Source of the DNA: Mytilus trossulus
Lineage: Eukaryota
NCBI RefSeq assembly: GCF_036588685.1
Contig: NC_086379.1
Span: forward strand, 15,872,001-15,936,000
DNA length: 64,000 bases
Direction: 5' to 3'
Position 1 is the first letter of the stretch, and each line of letters begins with the position of its first letter. The notes under the pieces are model-generated. The model saw only the letters and a list, made by a program, of their open reading frames with translations, was not told the DNA's origin and ran no database searches. This document shows positions 50,914 to 62,974 of this stretch, piece by piece. Position numbers and translations under genes: made by a program.

Positions 50914-52890
50914 TTTATACAATAAGGCTCATGACTTTTTGTATTAGTTTTTTCGAAAGATTTGTTTGTTAAAACAGTCGCATTACCATAAAACCCATGT
51001 TGTTGTGTGTGTTCTTGATGTTTAAATTTCGTATTATAACATTTTCGTTCTTGGTGTTTCAACGGGGATGTGACTCTCCAGACAGGTGTAATTTTACATT
51101 TCTCATTCTATATTTTTCAGCCTTTGTACGAAACAATTTAAGTAATTTGTATGTAATATTTGCTTCAAATAAATGACCGTTAAAAAAAGAGAGACGAATA
51201 TACCAAAGGGACAGTCAAACTCATAAATCTAAAACAAACTGACAACGCCAAGGCTAAAAATTAAAAAGAAAAACAGAAAAACAATAGTACACACGACACA
51301 ACATAGAAAACTAAAGAATAAACAACACGAACCCCATCAAAAACTAGGGGTGATCGCAGGTGCTCCGGAAGGGTAGTTAACGTTGATCTCTCTGCAGTCA
51401 AAGTGGTAAACTAATACGTTATACTCAGTGTCACCACGGAAAATTGTATCTGGCCATTCTTCTAGCACAATTATGTAAATTTTTACTATCGCTATCATAT
51501 AATTGTAAATCCTAATCAAATTCTGCATAGTGTTCTTTTAATAGTAACAGTGCGAATGAAATATATTAAAGATATAACGAGACAGCAACAATAACAACCA
51601 AAAAAAAAACTAAAGTTTTAGTCTGAACGATCAATCCACTCATCAATAATTGCATTTTAGTATAACAAAAGTACAAAACAAATTAATGTATGTCAATTGT
51701 CAATTGATTAATCCATAGCAAGCTGTCATATGTCCATTTATTTTCTAAATACTGATATATTTTCAAACATATCAATTTATTTATATATTAAACATGTTAA
51801 ATGAATGTATTATATTTAGTTTGTATGTACATAACACATATAATATGAATAAAAATAAAAATAAAAGTTATACACACAAAACAATACACTTTAAGTTATT
51901 TTTTTAAATGTTAACATTGATATGAAATATTAAATGTTCATATAGTTATGAACCTAAATATTGTTCTTTATCATATATAATTATCTAAAATTTAATTCCA
52001 GGCAGAACCACAACCACATAAAATTGTTACAATGATTATCCTTATTAAGTGTACGAATTCCCGTTTCGTCTGACATCTAGACATTCATTGTTAAGTTCTT
52101 TAGTGCAGACAAGTTTTCATTAGTGACTATGTGTCTCAAATAGACGACTTATAATACATATTTAACTTGTTTCAAAAAATGTTCACATGTTTCACATCAT
52201 TATAATCTGCACTTATGTTTTAATAAGAACCACAATGAATGATTGATCCAGGACTTGTGTAATAGGACTTTCCACCTTTTGCAATTCAACAATATACATT
52301 TAGATGCTAGAGATCGTATTACCCAATGTCGACATTCCCACGAATTATTTACGTACTTATATCAAATAACTTTAAAACGTTGATTAAAATGCAAATTTAT
52401 CGAATCAACAAACACAAAAAAGTGTACAAAAAGATACATGTTTTTTTTTTAAGATTTGTCTTGACTTAATAATTTTCAACTAGCTAAACTTGCTCAACTG
52501 TTTTAAATTCACGACAACTTTCTTTTGCTTAAATGGGAAGGTGCTAATAATATTTATTTTACTATATGCAATTTTGTTATATTATCCATTCATTTCATTG
52601 GACACGTGCTATTTGTTAAGTTTCACTAACCCTTCATACGCACCACCCAACCATAGCAACATGTGATATTATTTTCAACGGGTGTTAATGCCTAAAATTA
52701 ACTTCGGTATTTTAAACAAATTTCTTAAACGTCTGCAATTTTTTTGAATTGAGGTACTCGTTTGATATGTCTTAGACCTTTTGCAATCAGTCCACAATTT
52801 TCAAAAACAAAACTTTTAAATAACATTATACTCTAGTTGCAAGACTGTGTATGGCATATGTTGTTCGATTTTTAAATTTGGTCTTTCAAT

Positions 52891-55472
52891 TTACATGTCA
52901 TCAATGTTCAAGATTGGTGTAAATATCTCCTCGAGCACATTTTCTATCTCTCTGCTCTGTATGGACTGTAGGATCTTTCTTAGCCAGGAATCGATGCCAT
53001 GTTGTCCACAATAAAAGGGAATATTGAGGTATTTTCGTATAAAGTTGTACATTTTCATTGTGCCTGGAATAAGATAGTACAATATTTAAGAGAATGTATC
53101 GAAGAATGTATGAGATGACTATTTCTGTCGCAATATCATATCGAACATATTGAAATTTTACGACAGACCTAGATCATTTAAATAGAATTTGAACGGTAAT
53201 GTGTAACAATTAAATTTGAGTATTAATTCTAATGTTTAGCCCACTTCTGGGTAAGTCTTCAAAAAGTTAGCTTAGTATTAAAAAATTTAGAAAAATATCA
53301 AATTTGACTGGAAAATATTTAAAATGTTTAAATAAATTGATAACAACAACCTTTTTGACACCGCCACATTTTCACGTGCCTTTTCCATTCTCGTCAGTAT
53401 TTGTCGTATGTCAAATTTTTTTTTTTCCGTTTTTTAGATATATGGGTTTTGATAGCAGTATACTAATGTTTTGGTTTAATTAATTTTAACTTTTTAAGAC
53501 TCGGTACGATTTAGAGTGTTACAAATAAAAAAACACACCTGTGATTGTTGGAGACTGCATGTTCGCTTTTAATGTATTTGGCTTATTTTTGTCGCTTGGT
53601 TGCTGTTCCATAATTGACGCTTATCCCATATCTACTTTTAATCATATTAATGCTGTCTATTCATGTGAATTTCACCATTAATTTTAGTTTATCATTTTTA
53701 ATAATAGAGAGGCTTTTATCTCCCCATCGTTATGATTTTATATAAGACAATATAAATGTTTATAATCTACCTTTTCCCATCTGTTTGGCGGCATCTATAT
53801 TTCCATTACATGCATTTTTGTAAAGGGTACACATTCTATTTGAGAGACGTTCCCCAGCTTCTGTGTGTTCTTTTCCTGATAGGAAATTTGTCTCCTTCGA
53901 AGCCTTTTGTTTAGATAAAAACAGCAAGTCATACCATTCTATCTCCTTTAAAGTCGACGTAATGTCGAGATATTCTTGCGCAAGTAAGTCAATTTCTTTA
54001 AGAACGAGATTTCGGAGGTGACGTAGATCGATGGCCTGTGCAGTCAGAAGAAGTAGGTTTGCTGTCATCATTTGTACAATTTCAACTGCCTCTGAGGTGA
54101 ATCGCGCGGAGACTAAAGCCATTGAATTGATTGCCTGGTTGTGGCATTCTGCACTCAATATATGATTACTCATAGGGTTGACAAAATGATCGAGTTCAGA
54201 CATGTAAGAGGTCATTGCTATATCACAGCCTTTGAATCCGAAATCAACATTGATGTCACATCCACTTAGATTCGGTGGCAATCCGAAATTCAGCTTATCA
54301 TTTACAACCTCTTCGAATAGAGCAAATTGTAGCTTCCCGCAAATTCCAAGCGCTTGTCGTGTTTGGTCCATTGCGATAGACATAGTTTCTCCCTGGAAAT
54401 TAGCGTTATGTAAAACTGTATCTGTGCGATGGTCAATTAGTGGATTATCATTTGCGCTGTTAAGTTCAATTGTTATTCTTCTGCATGCTTCGTTAAGTGT
54501 TTCAACAGCTGGTCCAAGCCATTGTGGTGAACTCCGCACACTATAACGATCTTCCTTAAGAACTCCACATTTGTCTGGCAGGTTCATGTCTAATGTCGTG
54601 ATAGCTAACTTACTACCTTCTAGAATTGACAACATATTCCTTGCTATTTCTTTCTGACCTATATGAGGAAGACAGTTGTGGATAAGAGGATGGAAGCTCT
54701 CTGTTCTTCCTTTCACTGCTTCAATTGACAGTCCGGTACATACTTGGGTAAGAAGAAGAAGCAAATTTGCGTCATAAAGTGTTGGAGCCGAGAACCCGGC
54801 AGTGAATGAACATGAATTTATTACCCCTAAGCCTTCCTTTGGGCCAAATACAATCGGTGATATACCAGCCTCTGCAAGAGCTTGTGGACAAGACATTATT
54901 TTCCCTCCTTTAAACACTTTCATATCTTCTCTTCCTATCATGGTTGCTGCAATATAACCTAGAGGCATCAGATCTCCGCTAGCACTAACAGATCCACGCA
55001 GTGGAACTTCGGGCACAATATCGTTATTGATAAGATCAGTCAGAGTTGTGACCACTTCAGCACGTACTCCAGAATATGCTTTTGCAAGACAATTTGCCCT
55101 CGTTACCATTGCAGCCCTAATCATTTCTAAAGGAAACATTCGACCCATTCCAACATTTACAAGACGGATCAACGCCATCTGCACATCTTCAAATTTACAC
55201 GAACGCACGTCGGAACTTCCACCGAAGCCTGTGTTTATCCCATACAAAACAAGTCCTTTTTCTAACTTCTTTTTTAGATACACTGCATTTGCTGTTAACT
55301 CTTCCATGGATATTTCAGCAATTTTTACTTTCATGCTTGGCTCAATGCTGACTGCAAGGACTTCTGGTATGGTTAAAGTAGTTCCATCGAGCGTGATACT
55401 GTCTAACGTGTTTTTCCTTTTTTGGATGAATGTTAAAGTTGTTCTTGCATGAGAATTATCCATTTCTGTCAT
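52891..55472 (-). CDS. MIO-dependent aromatic amino-acid ammonia-lyase/aminomutase of PAL/TAL/PAM type, about 624 aa
   Basis: Coding exons 55472-53771 and 53063-52891 (phase-1 GT-AG intron; 1875 nt including stop). Motifs YGINTGFGG (catalytic Tyr), PLRGSVSASGDL (ASG/MIO, 54975-54983), KEGL..IN, DRYSVRSSPQWLGP, NDNPLID, NFQG, GFKGCDIAM, SAECHNQAINS, and C-terminal MYNFIR..L.I. A splice acceptor at 55491-55492 with an in-frame stop before the ATG suggests a 5' UTR intron. Confidence 0.93.
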
Positions 55473-56179
55473 TTTCCCAAATTAAAGAACCTGCGTTATG
55501 GATAGATTATTTTACATGTTTTACATCATACGAAAAAAACTATGTCTTTTTAATAAGATAGAAACATGAATTACAAATACAGTATTAATTCCGTTAAAAA
55601 TAATACAGAGGCTTCTTTCTTAGTAATGCCTAAGAACTATAAAAAATTAATTCATTTGTTTGGTATAATAGTAGTTCTACGTTTGTAGTTAACGTTTGAA
55701 ACGTTTTCAAACATTAAAAATGATTTATCGACAGCCCCGATAATATTATATGATAATTTTGAGTGCCTTTTGAGACCTTCGCAAAATATCCATCCTAGTC
55801 TGACTTCAGACATTAACATACAAACAAAACATTACACTCGAAATCTCAAAATGTCCACGAATTAGAAAGTAATTGAGATTGATTTAAAAAATACTATAAA
55901 AGGTCTACCATTTATAACTAAAGCCAAACATAGACGATACTCTTGGTTTTGGACAGACCGTCATAAGAATATGTGACATGCCTATACTACTTACCCCTAC
56001 CCGCCCTGTTGACCTCACCACCCCATCCTCACTTGTAATAATGATCAGAGTATAAGAATAGGTAAATAAAATATTGTTATATTCTATTACATTTGCATGA
56101 TGTCGTTCCAAATAAGCCACTTTACGTTAAACATCTGTCCATCTTTCCATCGCATTTATTACAGAAGGATATTTAATAA

Positions 56180-57174
56180 AGGCAGTTGCTTTTTTGCCGG
56201 CTCCGGCAAAATAGCAATTTATATAGAGTTTTGCTATTTTTCCGGTCTTAGTTCAGATTTTTAATCAAGACTATATGAAATTTTTTTTTTAAGGAAACTA
56301 TTTATGCACAAATGATATATGTGGCTAGATGTCAATACTAGTAACCTTTTTGTTCGCCTTGCGTTCCTAGTCATTCAATTTTAGTTAACTGCACCCATTT
56401 AATTACATCTACTGTGTTTTTGTTAGATGTATGTTAAGCCTTTTTCAACTGATTTTTATAGTTCGTTCTTATGTTGTACTGTTATACCACTGTCCCAGAT
56501 TAGGGGAGAGAGGTGTGGATCCCGCTATAACATTGATATACATTTTTCGTACATAAATAAGGCCGTTAATTTTCTCGTTTGAATTGTTTTACATTGTCAT
56601 TTCCGGGCCTTTTATAGCTGATTATGCGGTATGGGCTTTGTTCATTGTTGAAGGCCGTACGGTGACCTATAGTTGTTAATTGATGTGTCATTTTGGTCTC
56701 TTGTGAAGAGTTGTATCATTGGCATTCATACCACATCTTCTTTTTTTATATGAGATTGTTGGGTGTTACTTTTTGTTTCAAATCTTATATATTATTTTTT
56801 TTTTGTTTTAATCAGAATGTCGATTTTTTTATATGGGTCCGTATGCTTTGCTTATGCGTATTATATATTTTTATAAAGAATTTTTTGTATACCTCCTATT
56901 AAAGATAAAAAGAACTAGTATCAATTTCAATATTTTACTTTTTAAAAAAGACATATTTTTAGAGACTAAAGAATATCAATTTTAATTTGCACGTTTGGTA
57001 TAAATGTTTAAAGAATACTTAGTTGTAGAGCGATTTCTTATTGAAGTGTATGTTTCTATATTTTTTCTTTTCTTAATTTCTATACTTCTATTTTAATCTT
57101 AACTAAGACTGGCAAAATAGCATAACACTATATAAATCGCTATTTTGCCGGAGCCGGCAAAATAGCCACTGCCT
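56180..57174. mobile_element. MITE with about 75-bp TIRs and TAA TSD (PIF/Harbinger-like) carrying nested repeats
   Basis: AGGCAGTTGCTTTTTTGCCGGCTCCGGCAAAATAGC... / ...GCTATTTTGCCGGAGCCGGCAAAATAGCCACTGCCT; TAA at 56177-56179 and 57175-57177. Confidence 0.8.
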
Positions 57175-58824
57175 TAATGAAAACAAACTATCTAGCTTTC
57201 GATAGAAGAAATCGGGTATCTTACACAGAGCAGTTGATCAATTATATATAGTTTTTATGTTTTGTGCAGCAGTTGATTTTATGGATTAAAAATGTATGCA
57301 ATATAATATGAAATAAAAGACACACGGATGAAATGTCAAAGTATAAGAAAATTGATTTTAATTTAACAGCAAAGCAAATAACTGAAATATTGCTTCTTTC
57401 TTTTTTTTAAGGCACAATTAACAGGTAAACTGCGAAAGCAATCAACTGACTTAAATTGTGATGATTCGAATTTTGTTATAATTTTGCCAACATGTAGTTG
57501 TTGTTTCTGATCAGAAAATTATTTTCAGTGAACTATGAAATAAATATACAGATCAGGGGTTGTCGTTTGTTGATGTGGTTCATAAGTGTTTCTCGTTTTT
57601 TTATATAGATTAGAGCGTTGGTTTTCCTGTTTGAATGGTTTTACACTAGTCATTTTTGGGGTCATTTATAGTTTGCTGTTCGGCGTGAGACAAGGCGCCG
57701 TGTTGAAGACTGTACTTTGACCTATTATGGTTTACTTTTTACTAATTGTGACTTTGATGGAGAGTTGTCTCATTGGCACTCATACCACATCTTCTTATAT
57801 CTAAATACTGAATTTCATTTCCAAAAATACAAAATCCGGTAAATGCTAACTACACAGACCTTATGTTTTAATAACGGTGCAAACTTTTATTAAGACTTGG
57901 ATAAGCTTCAACTGTCCTTCGAAGTTCGTTTTGTATCCATAATTAGTTAGGATTACTATTTTCTATTACACTACAAAAAAAATAGCAAACAGACATTTAC
58001 CTATTTGATTAATCGTCCTTTTTGTTTACCTATGAAAGTCGTTTCCAATTCCTTTTTTTAAGTTTTGAAACTTACAAAAAATATACTAAATGGACATGCA
58101 CAAAAATAAATCATTCCGGAATTATAAACAACAGACGTAGAAATGGGAGGTTTAGCTAGCTATAAGACAAAGTTTAACACACAATGCTCTGAATTTCCAC
58201 TTGTTCCGTTGGTTAATAATGCTTGATTTGCCTGTTATTATGGACTTTCTCTTTTTGAATTTACCTTGGAGCTCGGTATTTATGTCATATTTTTTCCATT
58301 CGGTTTTTCCTTGATAGGATTTATGATTCTTTAAGATATAAACCAGCAAGTGATTGGCTAGTCCTATAGAACGAAATGTGATCTTCTTCTTGTATATTTA
58401 TTCCTTTGCTGTTATGAATAGTAAAAGGACACAACAAAACATCGTTTAAGATATATCTAACAATATAACTGCTGAGATTTTAACTATATGTTTTCTGTAA
58501 ACAAACCGGAACCAATTTAACTGCACCAGATGCACATTTCTTAAGTGATTCTCGAGACCAAAATATATTAAAATTCATAACTTGTAAAAATATTTAAGAG
58601 CTGACCAAGACAAAATATGTAGCCGAAGCCGGGCAAGGAATCAGAGTTTTGCATTAGGGAGATGTTTCCCTGTATTTTTTGAATTATCTAAATATCCAAA
58701 TGAAATTAATTCATCTCAACTAAATCTAACTACATTCAAAGTCAATAGGGACCGTTGTCTATTTTAAACATTCATGTTTGAATCTCACAATCGTCATGCC
58801 AAATTTAATGACAAACTGGGCGAC

Positions 58825-59060
58825 ATTTTCTACCCTTCCTTCTGGTGGTGATGATACGATAGCTCCTTCTTATGAAATTTGCACCTCTCTTTGTTTCGGT
58901 TCCCGCCTATATACAGGGACTCACATTTCAATGATAGTTTTTATTTCTAAAAAACTTTTACAGCAGGATATAGATATCACAATTTGGTTATTACGTTTAC
59001 TAAATGATATTGAAAATAGATGGAATTATTGTTTGAAGTATAATGTCAATGGCAGAAATT
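58825..59060 (+). pseudogene. Highly decayed Penelope-like RT C-terminal fragment
   Basis: GGDDTIAPSY...ISKKLLQQ resembles DGDVPLSPSY...ITEKLLHQ in the RT at 35628-36587. Confidence 0.4.
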
Positions 59061-60183
59061 AGATTAAAAAGTGTTATACAACACCAATCTTTTAACGGCA
59101 ACATTATTTATATCCTAATATGTTAGGGATTAAATTTAATCTGGTTGACCATATTTTAACTGATGACTTACACATTGAGAATGGATAATTGTATTTGATA
59201 CTTCTCAACTAAAAACGCCTTAATTATCAGTTAGAACAATGACTGGTCAATTTGGAGTGACAATAATGTGTCCATTTAGAGTAACATGTCTTTCTGCGGA
59301 CTGCTACGTAACCATGTGAACAAGATCTTTCAAATTCGGCTAGACGCTCTTCTCTAGCACAACGTATATTCATATTAAATCAACATGGCCTAATAGGCAG
59401 ACCAGTTCACAGTTAATTCGATGCAGACAACAGATCCCAAATAAATTTAAGAAACATGAAAAAGTTTACTGCTACACATTTGTGAAATACTTTTAAACCA
59501 ACGTTTTAGATAAACTATCCTTCTGAACATGTTTGGCTAGTATCAATGGTTGAGAAATGGAGAAACAATTTTGTTTATTTGTCCATATTTTGAATATTTA
59601 TAATGTCATAGCCAATTTGCCTTAAAGTTTCCTGTCTCAGACTGTAATTACTTTTAATTTTCATTACAGTATTTTTTTTATATATATATATATATATACC
59701 AAAGCAATAAGAGGATTCAGGTTTGAAGATAACCAATAAAGAAGTACAATATTAAGCGCTTTGGTTTTCTAATATTCAATAATAAATCGTACCTTGCAGA
59801 TTATTCGAACTGTTTTCTCCTGAGCTAGAAAATGTTTGCACCTAACCTTTTACAATGTTTTATTATGTTTGTATTATGTTTGTAACTAGGGTTCATTATA
59901 TGGTCAAACCTATCCTATTGAAAGGCACCTTTTTTTTCTAGAATTCAAAATTATTTCATGAAAAGGACATTTCTTTATAAATGTTCCCGGCAGATATTCG
60001 GCAAACTCACAATAGTGCATTATTCATTCTGTACGGTGTTTACTTAGGGGCGTTGTTAATGGCTGGTGTTGTGATTAAATATTAGTATGGCATCTCCTCT
60101 TGATAATACTTTCAAAGACATTGGAACTCTTTTGGCTTCTGCGTTTTATTTATTTATAATCTATCTTAGACAACAATTCAATT

Positions 60184-60533
60184 GAGAGCCGTGGTGTAGT
60201 GGTTAGTGCATCGGACTACTAACACAAAGGTTCCTGGTTCGATTCCCGTTTGGGATGAAAATTTCAGGAACTCAATTTTCGGCTCTCCCTTGACACCATT
60301 TGCGAGTATGGTCTTGAGGAAACGATGATAGTCCGTTGGACGGGGACGATAAATGGCTGACCCGTGTTAAGAGAGAGCCATATCTCTTGCACGTTAAAGA
60401 CACCCTTGTAGATTTCGAAAAAGAGTAGGCTAATGCCGCTACAAGGCAGCACTCGCACCCGCAAAGTGGAAAGGGATTAATATAAGTTGCAAAACTTGTT
60501 TCCCAATCCACTATAAATAAATATTTTTAAACT
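60184..60533 (+). mobile_element. tRNA-derived SINE with a Deu/Nin-like central domain
   Basis: Pol III A box TGGTGTAGTGG and B box GGTTCGATTCC; central GGACGGGGACGATAAA...GCACGTTAAAGA...AAGAGTAGG; AT-rich tail; possible TSD AACAATTC. Confidence 0.85.
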
Positions 60534-61268
60534 AACAATTCTCCGTAATATGTATTAACTGTTTGCCGTTGAAAGTTAATAATCTAATCTATCATAAAGA
60601 CATGTATATATAATATCGCCAAAGTTTACAGTTTAGCTTACTTTGGTCAGTTGCAAATTCTGGATTGATTGATTGATTGATTAATATCCAATATTTGTGT
60701 AAAACTTTTGAATTTCACAAATAAATAGATTTATCGAAAATGCATCTTTACAATCTTTACAAACAACCTGTTCGAAAATGGATTTTCTAAAATGTAAGCT
60801 TTAAAAACAAAACAATTATCGAAAAATTAAATTGTGATTTAGGGTCATTTTAAAATAAATCTCATGTACTAGTATACAAATCCGGCATGTCGATGGAGCA
60901 CATAACATAGTGATGCCACATTAAACATGTTTCAGCCTGATATATATGTTATTGGTTTACTGGATGTCAAATCATCCTCTACGACACGACAGTCGATGTA
61001 CATTTTTAATGTTTATAGTTTAAATTTAATTCGCTTCGAACAACAGATCCTAGATTATATTTTTTTTTTAAATTACTGCTACACACACATAACGGTTTTT
61101 GGTCAAACTATTTAGAGAAATTATTCGCTTGACCATGTTTGAATCGTGTGAATGATTACACCATGGAGTACTTATTTGGTTTCATTTGTCCATATTTTGA
61201 ATTTGCATCTGATATAATAGTCGTTTTTGTCATTTTTGTTTGTCTCTGTTATTGCTTTACGGTATTAA

Positions 61269-61860
61269 GGTGGTATGGGTGTCTTTCGCCATCTTGGATT
61301 GTAAAAAACAGAGAAACTAAGGTCCATATTTTCTATCAAGTTAGCAAAATTTGTTGCAGGAATGCAGATATTTAATGTAAATTTTCATTTAAAAGAACCA
61401 ATTTATAAGAATATAACTTAGAAATATTAATAGTTTTACAAGTGTTGATTATTTTTGGTTGTTTTTGAACATTTTCAAATTGGCAATTTAAGGGGAGGTA
61501 AATCTACAACAGTGCATTTTCTGAAGGACTCTACATGAAAATTTCCTATTTTGTATTTTATCTGGAAAAAACGTACGGTGACCCTATCTTTTCTTTTGAT
61601 ATTCTAAAAGCAATGTCTGAAAGCAATCTTTTCCTAATTTATTTTACAATTCTATCATTTTGTTTAGTTTCTATTCACAAAATTGTGTTTTTTTCTGTAT
61701 AATCCATACAAAATTTGTCATTTTGTCACAACCTGTAGCTTGAGAAAATGCACGGTGACCTATCATTTTTATAATATTTTTGAACATGTATCAATAGATA
61801 CTACATTTTGACAAAGTATGAACAAATTCTATCATTTTTATTTTAGACTCCCATACCACC
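61269..61860. mobile_element. Kolobok-like MITE with TTAA TSD
   Basis: TIR GGTGGTATGGGTGTCT / AGACTCCCATACCACC; TTAA at 61265-61268 and 61861-61864; internal repeats CGGTGACC..TATC and TTCTATCATTT. Confidence 0.85.
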
Positions 61861-62936
61861 TTAAATTTAAAAACAATACAGGAATAATTACAGAATAAGG
61901 TTTAAAAGAAACCGAAAAAGAAGTTAATATAAGTTATAAATAACAGATCATACCTTGTATGTTATTTGAACTATTCTCTCCTGAAATAGAAATAGATTGT
62001 GCCTTACCTTTTATCGTGCTCCTTTTATATGTTATTAACAGGGCGATGTTGGACAGTTTTCTAGTTGTTAATTACATTAATATAAAATTAGAGTAATGTT
62101 TTTATCATTAGGTAAAACCTGTCCTGTAAAAATGTACCGCGTTTTCCTAGAATTCAAAACGATGTCCTCGAACAGGAAATTCCTAGAAGTTTAAAATTTT
62201 AAACCTTTTCTTGATGATTGATGTGAATTAATATTCTTATTCATGTTAGTACGTAAACATTTTATATAATATATGGAGAAAAACAACAAAAAAGACCAGA
62301 ACAACATGATCCGGACCAGTAATTGACATGATTTAAGCATTATGTCATCGCATAAAAGTAAAAATTAATGGACATTAACTTTATCGTCATTTTGATTGGT
62401 AGTTATAACTATATTTACTCATGACCAGGATTTGCGAAGTAATATACTACATGTATATAAATTCCTTGTCGGTGATGTTCTTTAGTGAATGTAAGATACA
62501 CTTTAGAAAAATTCCAACGTTTAAGCTAAAACATAATCTTGGTAAACAGTTTGCTGTTACTATCACAGATCAACTTTAATCACAAGAAAAATAAAAATAG
62601 AAAATTTGACCAAATGGTCATAGATTTTCGGTCTCTAAAATTTTACTTTCATTTGTTTGGAAAATTGTTTAAATGCTTCGGTAAATTTGTTACACAAGCA
62701 TCTACACAAAATATAAATCCTGCACTAGTAGCACGATTTCAGTCTGAAACGGTCATTTTGGTCTGATCACATCTTGATTGACTGAATTTACTGCTAGAAA
62801 AATTCGTCAAGATATTTAAGATCGTTTAGTCGCCGTTCAGATCGATAGCCTCATCAGGTAAATCAGTTCGTTAAGACATGTCACGACGTAAAAAACTGAA
62901 TCGTCTAGCGGGTTGTTTGGACCCGTTAAGACCGTG

Positions 62937-62974
62937 CTGAGACTACTATAACACATGTGTTATAGTAGTCTCAG
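62937..62974. mobile_element. 38-bp perfect palindrome flanked by a 7-bp direct repeat
   Basis: CTGAGACTACTATAACACA|TGTGTTATAGTAGTCTCAG; GACCGTG at 62930-62936 and 62975-62981. Confidence 0.8.

Noticed and set aside
54232-55452. Plus-strand ORFs overlapping the lyase (and similar antisense ORFs over the BEL and MCT genes)
   Set aside because: Antisense shadows of real coding sequence with no independent motifs.
52891-55472. Annotation as ordinary histidine ammonia-lyase (HAL)
   Set aside because: It lacks the HAL SH pair and EDHVSM motif, and has PAL-type E..NQ and GSVSASGDL.
60184-60260. tRNA gene
   Set aside because: A and B boxes are present, but the acceptor stem does not pair and the sequence continues into a SINE body and tail.
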